Positions 57,101-64,000 of a stretch of 64,000 nt of DNA are shown piece by piece (position 1 is the stretch's first letter; every line of letters begins with the position of its first letter). The stretch is from Spirochaetales bacterium (GTDB lineage: Bacteria > Spirochaetota > Spirochaetia > JABEVK01). Where the stretch lies: NCBI GenBank assembly GCA_037142615.1, contig JBAXAI010000005.1, positions 32,001 to 96,000 on the forward strand. The letters run 5' to 3'. The notes under the pieces are model-generated. The model was not told the origin of the DNA. It did not search any database and saw only the letters and a program-made list of their open reading frames with translations. The position numbers and the translations under genes are program-made.

Positions 57101-58719
57101 GGCTTCACTTGACCAAAACGATCCAGCGGCCAAATGCGGAACGCCAGATGCCCGATGATACGCTCGCGGTCCAACAGGCGTGGGGCCAGCATCGACTGGT
57201 ACACGGTCGAAGTCGGGTCGGTCGCGTCGAGGGCCCGGCTCTTGAAGGTGCTCAGCGCGTCGAAGCGGAAGTCGAGCGAGTTGTAGCGGTTGTCACCCAT
57301 CAGGAAGTACTTGTCGGCAGGAATGTAGTTGCCCTCACCGGCCGGATACTCGGGAAAGTTGCGCATGTCGAAGAAGCTCACCAGGTAGGCTTCCCACTGT
57401 TTGGCTTGGTTCAGTAGCGCGGTGAACTCGGCGGGTTTGTTGTCGAGCAGCGCGAGGTAGCGCTGGGCCAACAGTTGCTTGTGCAGCAGGTTGACCACCC
57501 GGGTGGCTTTTTCGTAAGGATTGGCCGCTGCGGGCAGGGTGGCAGGGGCCTCGAGGGAGGCCAACAGGCTGGCGGCGGTCGTGCCCACGGGCTGGGGCGG
57601 CAAACCGCTGTTCACCACGTTGTTCAGGCTCTCGACGGTGGCCACGCCGGGTTTGGCCAGCGCGACCTTGAGGCGGGCCACGTCGGAGGCCAGCGACACT
57701 CGCAGCGCTTCGGGGTCGGCGGCCTTGCGCTGCTCGTCGAGCTTGGTCAGCAGGTCGCGGCCACCTTGCTGGAGCGGGAACGTCGAGATTCGCTTGAGCA
57801 GGTTGTAGTCTTCTTTATAGAGGTCGGTGTGGCGGAAGGTGGCGTCGATTTCGACCGGCCTCCACGTGGGCGAGGCGGCCGTTTTGCTGTACAGCTGGTC
57901 GTCGACCATCAGGAGCTTCTCGCCCGGTACGCCGGTGACACGCTTGACCACGAACTGCACCTTGGGGTTTCCCGCCGAGTCGACATCGAGGTTGACGGTC
58001 GACAGCGTGAGGAAGAACACGAGCTTCTGAATCATCTGCGTCACCACAGGCGGCTCGTCGTAAACCGGGGTTTCGAACACGACGATCTGCCCGCGCGTCA
58101 CACCGGTCAGCACCGGAATCTTGTGCTTGCTCATGGGGATCTCGGGCCCATCGAGGGTCTTGACCACAAACGGCCGGTCGTCCTTGAGCAGGGTCGGCAC
58201 CATGGATTCGCTGGGGATCACGTACAACTGGAACAGCAGTTGCTGGAGCACGATGACGAGGAAAACGGTCTGCGCCACGATATCGACGTTTTCGAGAACC
58301 GAAGCGCCGAGGGTCTTTTTGGCCTTTTTGTCGGGCGGGGCGTAGCCGTAGTGACGCTCGGTGGTCTTGAAGCGCAGGCTCAGCCACAGCAGCCAGCCCA
58401 CAATGCCTTGAACGGAGCTCAGCAGCCACAGCACCTCGCTGTCCCACTCCAGCGACGCGATGTTGACCAAACAGTAGCCTACGACAACGCCGTAGCCCAC
58501 GAACTTGCGGAAGGCCGGAAACAGGTCGTAACGCTCTTTTTGAAAGAACTCGCGGGCGAACCAGAAGGCACCCAGCCCCAATACCAGGTTGGTCACAAAA
58601 TTGGTAGCCCAGAACCCATCGAAGCCGATGAAGAGCCCCACCAGCGGAGCCGGCACGCAGGTGGCGAGCCAAACCCAAGTCAGGATGCGGGCAGCGGTGG
58701 AAAGTGGGTGCTTTTGCAT
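57097..58719 (-). CDS. lepB: signal peptidase I, long form
   Basis: YVIPSESMVPTL (Ser), VVKRVTGVPGE (Lys) and YFLMGDNRYNSLDFR motifs. Confidence 0.9.
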   Translation of the reverse strand: MQKHPLSTAARILTWVWLATCVPAPLVGLFIGFDGFWATNFVTNLVLGLGAFWFAREFFQKERYDLFPAFRKFVGYGVVVGYCLVNIASLEWDSEVLWLLSSVQGIVGWLLWLSLRFKTTERHYGYAPPDKKAKKTLGASVLENVDIVAQTVFLVIVLQQLLFQLYVIPSESMVPTLLKDDRPFVVKTLDGPEIPMSKHKIPVLTGVTRGQIVVFETPVYDEPPVVTQMIQKLVFFLTLSTVNLDVDSAGNPKVQFVVKRVTGVPGEKLLMVDDQLYSKTAASPTWRPVEIDATFRHTDLYKEDYNLLKRISTFPLQQGGRDLLTKLDEQRKAADPEALRVSLASDVARLKVALAKPGVATVESLNNVVNSGLPPQPVGTTAASLLASLEAPATLPAAANPYEKATRVVNLLHKQLLAQRYLALLDNKPAEFTALLNQAKQWEAYLVSFFDMRNFPEYPAGEGNYIPADKYFLMGDNRYNSLDFRFDALSTFKSRALDATDPTSTVYQSMLAPRLLDRERIIGHLAFRIWPLDRFGQVKP

Positions 58720-58786
58720 GGATAAGGAATATACCACATTTCCTTTTGGCGGGAAAATCCTGTAGGATGGTGCCGAGGAGCCTTCC

Positions 58787-60442
58787 ATGTCGCTGACCGA
58801 GATCATCGTGACCGGACACAGAAACCCCGATACCGATGCCGCCTGCTCTGCTGTTTGCTACGCCCATTTCAAAAACAAGTCGGACCCCCACAACACGTAC
58901 AAGGGTGTGGTTTGCGGCGCGCTCAACCCTCAAACCCGCTTCGTTTTCGAAAAAGCCGGTCTCCCGCAGCCCGAACTGCTCAAAGATGTGCATCCGCGCG
59001 TCATCGACATTGTGAACAACGACGGCCTGACCCTCGACGAGCACGAACCCATCTTCGAGGCCATCCGCGAAATCGACGAGAACACCGTGAGCGTCATCCC
59101 GGTGTTCGGTTCCGAGCACAACTTTTTGGGCATCATTGGCATTCACGAGGTGGCCTCGTACTTCATCAAGACCAACAAGCGCAACAAAAAGCAGAGCTAC
59201 ACCTTCCACACCGGCAACCTGCCGAAGGTGATGCCCGGCAAGTTCCTCGTTAGGTCCAAAGCCCAGGAGATTCACGCTCCCATCATGATCGGGAGCCAGG
59301 ACTACGAAAAAACCATTGGCCGCATGGACTCGATCACCGAAGAAAAGCCTGTCTTGGTGGTCGGCGATCGCAAGCGCATCATCGCCCACGCGGTGCGCAA
59401 CGACTTCCCGCTCATCGTGATCACCAATGTGCACAAGGGTGACGAACTCACGATTGAGGCCGATCTAAAGGACTTCAAGGGAACAATTTACCTGTCAGAG
59501 AGCGACACCACCGACACCATTCGCCTGCTGTGGCTCAGTGCCCCCGTGAAGCACATCATGAACACCAAGCCCCTGGTGCTTCAGCACGACCAGGAGTTCG
59601 ACGACGCCAAGAAGACCCTGCTCGGGAGCGACCTGCGAGGTCTGCCTGTGCTCAAGGATGGGCACTTTGCGGGCATCGTGACGCGCCGCAGTTTCATCGA
59701 AAAGCCCCGCCGCAAAATCATCATGATCGACCACAACGAGTCGGACCAAAGCATCGCCGGAGCGCACGAGGCCGACGTACGCGAAATCCTCGACCACCAC
59801 CGGCTGGCCCCCGAAAAAACCAACGCTCCTATTTATGTCTTTTCGAAGCCAGTGGGGAGCAGTTGCACCATCGTGTACATGCACTTCAAAATGCACAGCC
59901 TCGAGATTGAACGGCCCTACGCCATCCTGATGTTGTCGGGCATGATGAGCGACACGCTGTTCCTCCGGTCGCCGACGACCACGCCCGACGACAAGGCGGC
60001 CGCCCAGGACCTCGCTCGCTTGGGCGGGGTTGATCTGGCCGAGTTCGAAAAGGAAATCCTCGGCAAGATGACCACGCTCGAGAACCTCGATCCGCACAAG
60101 ACGGTGTCGGGCGACTTCAAGATCTACCAGGATTTCGGCCTTCGCACCGGCATTGCCCAGGTCGAAACGGTGAGCCTCGACGGCGTCGACGCGGTGCTGC
60201 ACAAGTACCAGGCTGCGCTGGGCATGGTCAAAAAAGAAAACGGCCTCGACTGGGCGATGTTGTTGGTCACCGATGTGGTGAACGAAGACAGCGTGCTCAT
60301 CATGACGCCGTTCGAAAAGGGTGAACACGAACTGGCCTATCACAAGCGTGCCGACTGCCTGTACCACCTGCCCGGCGTGCTGTCGCGCAAGAAGCAACTT
60401 CTGCCCGAGATCCTGCGGGTGATGGAACTGGCAAGGGGCTGA
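58787..60442 (+). CDS. ppaC: Mn-dependent family II inorganic pyrophosphatase with CBS/DRTGG insert
   Basis: GHRNPDTD, IDHNE, LDHH and SRKKQLLP motifs. Confidence 0.93.
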   Translation: MSLTEIIVTGHRNPDTDAACSAVCYAHFKNKSDPHNTYKGVVCGALNPQTRFVFEKAGLPQPELLKDVHPRVIDIVNNDGLTLDEHEPIFEAIREIDENTVSVIPVFGSEHNFLGIIGIHEVASYFIKTNKRNKKQSYTFHTGNLPKVMPGKFLVRSKAQEIHAPIMIGSQDYEKTIGRMDSITEEKPVLVVGDRKRIIAHAVRNDFPLIVITNVHKGDELTIEADLKDFKGTIYLSESDTTDTIRLLWLSAPVKHIMNTKPLVLQHDQEFDDAKKTLLGSDLRGLPVLKDGHFAGIVTRRSFIEKPRRKIIMIDHNESDQSIAGAHEADVREILDHHRLAPEKTNAPIYVFSKPVGSSCTIVYMHFKMHSLEIERPYAILMLSGMMSDTLFLRSPTTTPDDKAAAQDLARLGGVDLAEFEKEILGKMTTLENLDPHKTVSGDFKIYQDFGLRTGIAQVETVSLDGVDAVLHKYQAALGMVKKENGLDWAMLLVTDVVNEDSVLIMTPFEKGEHELAYHKRADCLYHLPGVLSRKKQLLPEILRVMELARG

Positions 60443-60444
60443 CC

Positions 60445-60936
60445 ATGGGAATCGAACAGGCCAGGGAACACCTGAGGCGTTTTGGCCGAGACGGCGACAT
60501 TCTGGAATCGCCACAGTCGAGTGCAACGGTAGAACTCGCAGCGCAGGCGTTGGGGGTGGAACCAGCCCGGATCGCCAAGTCGTTGACGTTTCTGGTGCCC
60601 GAAGGGGCCGTGATGGTGGTGGCCGCCGGCGATGTTCGGGTCGACAACGCCAAGTTCAAGGCCCAGTTTGGCGTCAAGGCGAGCATGCTGAATCCCGAGC
60701 AGGTGGTTCGCTTGGTGGGCCATGCGATTGGCGGCGTGTGTCCGTTCGGGGTACTCAAGACGACAAAAGTCTACCTCGACGCGTCGCTCAAGCGCTTCGC
60801 CACCGTGTTCCCTGCGTGCGGGAGCCCGAACTCGTCGATCGAACTGACCTGTGACGAGCTCGAGAGGTTCGCAGAACCCGCAGGCTGGGTGGATGTGGGC
60901 AAACTGTCAGGCGGTGGTGTCGACCACAGTGCCTGA
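60445..60936 (+). CDS. YbaK/EbsC-family protein
   Basis: SSATVELAA, IAKSL and GGVCPFG motifs. Confidence 0.9.
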   Translation: MGIEQAREHLRRFGRDGDILESPQSSATVELAAQALGVEPARIAKSLTFLVPEGAVMVVAAGDVRVDNAKFKAQFGVKASMLNPEQVVRLVGHAIGGVCPFGVLKTTKVYLDASLKRFATVFPACGSPNSSIELTCDELERFAEPAGWVDVGKLSGGGVDHSA

Positions 60937-61065
60937 AGTCGGCGGCAACGGTGCGGGATCGCGGTCACGTTCGGTGGCACGGGTCTCGGTCGTTTCGGAA
61001 TCGCGGGCCGGCGGCGTAGGGCTGATCACTTCAGCACCGGCAGAACCCAAGGATGAAATGTCCAT
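60907..61065 (-). CDS. small hypothetical protein (52 aa)
   Basis: Strong GGGAGG SD; MDISS start and GTVVDTTA end. Confidence 0.6.
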   Translation of the reverse strand: MDISSLGSAGAEVISPTPPARDSETTETRATERDRDPAPLPPTSGTVVDTTA

Positions 61066-61136
61066 AAGGGCCTCCCTCTTTATTGGAGTATACATCTGCT
61101 TCCCCGGGTTGTCGAATTTGGGTTTACAGTGAAACC

Positions 61137-62096
61137 ATGAAACTCCATATGGTTCGCGACCTGTCGCTCCCCCTGCTGCCCCAACCCGAGTTCCGCGGCG
61201 AGTTTGTTGCGCTGCAACCCAAGCTGCACCGCGAAAGTGCCGAGGTGTTCCTCGACGGCTACCGCGATACTGTCGACTACGAGGGCGAAAGCCTCGACGA
61301 AACCCGCGCCTACCTGGAAGCCGTTTTCGACGCCGAGCATGGCCCGATCCTCCCTACCGCTTCGGCAGGGGTTACCGTCGACGGTCGCTTGGCCTCGCTC
61401 ATTCTGGTCAGTCGTTACCAGGGCCGTGCCTTCATCAGCCATGTCGTTACAGCCAAAGCCTTTGCGGGAAAAGGCCTGGCCAAAGCTCTCCTTCTGCGGG
61501 CCATGGAGGCCGCGCGCGAACTGGGCCTGAAAGAGATCGACCTGTACGTCACCGACGGCAACCCGTCGGTGGCTCTGTACGAGCGACTGGGTTTTGTCGA
61601 GGTGCCGGGTGGCAGCCTGACCGTCGAGCTCAAGTCGTTCCTGACTGCGTTCGAGGCTTCAACGCGGCTGCTGGCGAACTACGTTCAGCAGATTCCCGAA
61701 GCCACCCTCGATGTCAGGAGGTTGCCCGACGCGTGGACGATCCGAGAGCACGTCTACCATGTGGCCAGCCTGCAGCCCATGCTTCTCGGTCGCCTGCAAA
61801 CCATCGCGGCAAGCCCCAAGGCGGTGATGACGCCGTACAACCCCGAGTCGGTCGCCGACAGGGACAAACTGTACCCGTCGGTCGAGCAGGCCCTGACCAC
61901 CTTTGCCGAACTTCGAAGCCAGCAAGTAGCTTTGGTGAAAGCACTTCCGATGGCGGCGTGGACTCACGAGGCCGAACACCCGGAGTACACCCGCTACAAC
62001 CTTGGCATGTTGCTGCACCACATCCTGTTCCACGAGAACTGGCACCTGTACCGCATACAAGAGCTCTGGCTGGCCAAAGAGGTGGGACCAGCCTGA
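61137..62096 (+). CDS. GNAT acetyltransferase fused to a DinB-like domain
   Basis: GKGLAKALL and ALYERLGF; then WTIREHVYH and HENWH. Confidence 0.85.
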   Translation: MKLHMVRDLSLPLLPQPEFRGEFVALQPKLHRESAEVFLDGYRDTVDYEGESLDETRAYLEAVFDAEHGPILPTASAGVTVDGRLASLILVSRYQGRAFISHVVTAKAFAGKGLAKALLLRAMEAARELGLKEIDLYVTDGNPSVALYERLGFVEVPGGSLTVELKSFLTAFEASTRLLANYVQQIPEATLDVRRLPDAWTIREHVYHVASLQPMLLGRLQTIAASPKAVMTPYNPESVADRDKLYPSVEQALTTFAELRSQQVALVKALPMAAWTHEAEHPEYTRYNLGMLLHHILFHENWHLYRIQELWLAKEVGPA

Positions 62097-62103
62097 GTCC
62101 GCG

Positions 62104-63111
62104 CTACCACGAGTAGGCGTTGGGCGCCTCGCCTCCGGGTCCGGGGAAAATGGCGTCGAGCTCCTTGAGCGTGGCGTCGTCGAGCGTGATCTCGGTGGCC
62201 CGGATCGACTCTTCGAGCTGAGCAACCGTTCGGGGACCGATGATGGGGGCCGTCACGACGGGATTCGACAGCAACCAGGCCAGAGCCACGGTGGATGGGG
62301 CTTCGCCCAGTTTTTGGCAGAGCGCCTCGTACTTTTCGAGCTTGGGCCGATGCTTTTCGATGTCCTTTTTCATGTCGTCGCTGAGACGGCGACCCTCGGT
62401 GACGCCCTTCAACACGCCGCCCAAGAGGCCACCACCGAGCGGACTCCACGGAATCAGGCCCAGCCCGTAGTGCCGACAGGCGGGAATGACTTCGAGTTCC
62501 AGCATGCGGTTGTTGAGGTGGTAGATGCTTTGCTCGCTGGCCAAGCCCATTTGACCGCGCCTCGAAGCCTCTTGGCAGGCCGTGGCGATGTCCCAGCCGG
62601 CGAAGTTGGAACTGCCGGTGTAAACGATCTTTCCCTGCGCGCTCAAGTTGCCGAAAGCTTCCCAAAGTTCGTCCCAGGCGCAGTTGCGGTCGATGTGATG
62701 CATTTGGTAGAGGTCGATATGGTCGGTCTTCATGCGCGCCAAGCTGCCCTCGGCGTGCTTGCGGATTTTGTAGGCCGACAGCGTGCGGCCGTCGGTGTTC
62801 ACTTCGCGTCGGTTTTCCTGACGTTCGACGGGGTTGTAGACCTTGGTGGCGAGCACCACCGCGTCGCGGCGACCTCCCCCCTGAGCGAACCACCGGCCCA
62901 AAATGAGTTCGGTGTCACCGTGTTGGCCTGGACCGTTGCCTTTGCCGTACACGTCGGCTGTATCGAAGAAGTTGATCCCGAGCTCGAGCGCCTTGTCCAT
63001 GATGGCGAAGCTTTCCTTTTCGTCGGTCTTCCAGCCGAAGTTCATCGTCCCGAGGCAGAGGTTGCTGACCATCACGCCGTGTTTGCCCAAACGTTTGTTC
63101 GCTATCGCCAT
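62104..63111 (-). CDS. aldo/keto reductase
   Basis: LCLGTMNFG, FFDTADVYG, IDLYQMHH and PWSPLGGGLL motifs. Confidence 0.95.
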   Translation of the reverse strand: MAIANKRLGKHGVMVSNLCLGTMNFGWKTDEKESFAIMDKALELGINFFDTADVYGKGNGPGQHGDTELILGRWFAQGGGRRDAVVLATKVYNPVERQENRREVNTDGRTLSAYKIRKHAEGSLARMKTDHIDLYQMHHIDRNCAWDELWEAFGNLSAQGKIVYTGSSNFAGWDIATACQEASRRGQMGLASEQSIYHLNNRMLELEVIPACRHYGLGLIPWSPLGGGLLGGVLKGVTEGRRLSDDMKKDIEKHRPKLEKYEALCQKLGEAPSTVALAWLLSNPVVTAPIIGPRTVAQLEESIRATEITLDDATLKELDAIFPGPGGEAPNAYSW

Positions 63112-63170
63112 TTTGTTCTCCTGAACCTTCATTGCACACCGGCAGGCGGAATTATGCTAGCTTGTGTGCC

Positions 63171-63890
63171 ATGAAATCTTCTCAAGCCGTTTCGCCTTTG
63201 TGGCACGACGTCACCGGTGCGCTGCGGGCCAACTTCCTTCCTGGCGTCGTGCTGTGGTTGCTGGCCTGCACGGTGGTCGGTTCGTACTTCCTGTGGGACC
63301 AAGCCCGACCGTTCTTCGACACGCTGGGGGCCTGGAAGTCGGGCGGTGGCTTTTTATACAGCATCGTAGCGACCAGTATTTTCGCGGGGCTGATTCCTTG
63401 GGTGGTGCTTCGGTTGCTGCCGGGAACCCGCTCGCAGGCCACCGCGAGTTCGCTGGTGTTTCTGGTGGTGTTTTGGGCCTACCGTGGGCTCGAGATGGAC
63501 GCGTTTTACCGCCTGCAAGGCCTGATGTTCGGCAACGACGGGTCGCTGGGGTCGATCGCCGCCAAGGTGCTGTTTGATCAGTTTGTGTACAACGTGTTTT
63601 GGGCCGGTGGGTATCAGTTGCTGGCCTATCACTGGAAGGACTCGGGCTTCCGTTTGAGTGCCTTTCGTGGCTACGACTGGAAAGGCCTGCTTTCGCATCG
63701 GCTCCCGGTGCTGCTGGTCTCCACCTGGCTGGTGTGGTTTCCTGTGGCGGCGCTGATGTACAGCCTGCCCGCCGACCTACAGATTCCTGTCTTCAATCTG
63801 GTGGCGTGCTTTTGGTCGCTGGTGGTGGCCACGCTCACCAAACCGAAGGCTTCGGCGGCACCAAAGGAGCGGGCTATTCCCAGCGAATAG
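63171..63890 (+). CDS. Mpv17/PMP22-like membrane protein
   Basis: KVLFDQFVY, VWFP...YSLP..LQIP and CFW motifs. Confidence 0.7.
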   Translation: MKSSQAVSPLWHDVTGALRANFLPGVVLWLLACTVVGSYFLWDQARPFFDTLGAWKSGGGFLYSIVATSIFAGLIPWVVLRLLPGTRSQATASSLVFLVVFWAYRGLEMDAFYRLQGLMFGNDGSLGSIAAKVLFDQFVYNVFWAGGYQLLAYHWKDSGFRLSAFRGYDWKGLLSHRLPVLLVSTWLVWFPVAALMYSLPADLQIPVFNLVACFWSLVVATLTKPKASAAPKERAIPSE

Positions 63891-64000
63891 CCCGGCATTC
63901 CGCGTTCCCCATGGGCGGAATCGAGCGGTGCTGACGCGGTGGCAGTCCTGCGGCGCGGGCCAGCAGAATCTGCAGCACGTCGCCATGGCTGACCAAGACG

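Overview
GC-rich bacterial chromosome segment, probably from a free-living Spirochaetales-like organism (inferred from gene content). It carries housekeeping and sugar-use blocks: a TRAP transporter operon, ribA, dbpA, a rare-sugar ABC/epimerase/kinase cluster, two GH94 phosphorylases, xylB-xylA, lepB and ppaC. Two decaying accessory regions interrupt these. The first (about 23.3-28.1 kb) has a mini-island bounded by a 315-bp direct repeat, TA modules, a type ISP R-M remnant and an AAA ATPase. The second (about 45.4-55.9 kb) has three Rpn-family loci, two TA pairs, a RAYT pseudogene, and a caspase-domain gene coupled to an FN3/FGE-sulfatase lipoprotein. The main signals are: (1) a 13-mer, GAGGTCTGTCCCC, just upstream of the RAYT gene that recurs three times inside GH94 coding sequence; (2) a DGR-like variable region plus downstream hairpin in the lipoprotein, with no TR or RT seen in the window; (3) internal SD+ATG sites in all three Rpn loci (possible gene-within-gene antitoxins); (4) repeated short internal deletions in accessory genes; (5) many apparently leaderless genes. 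I saw no rRNA, tRNA or CRISPR array. All family assignments come from motif recognition by eye, not database searches.
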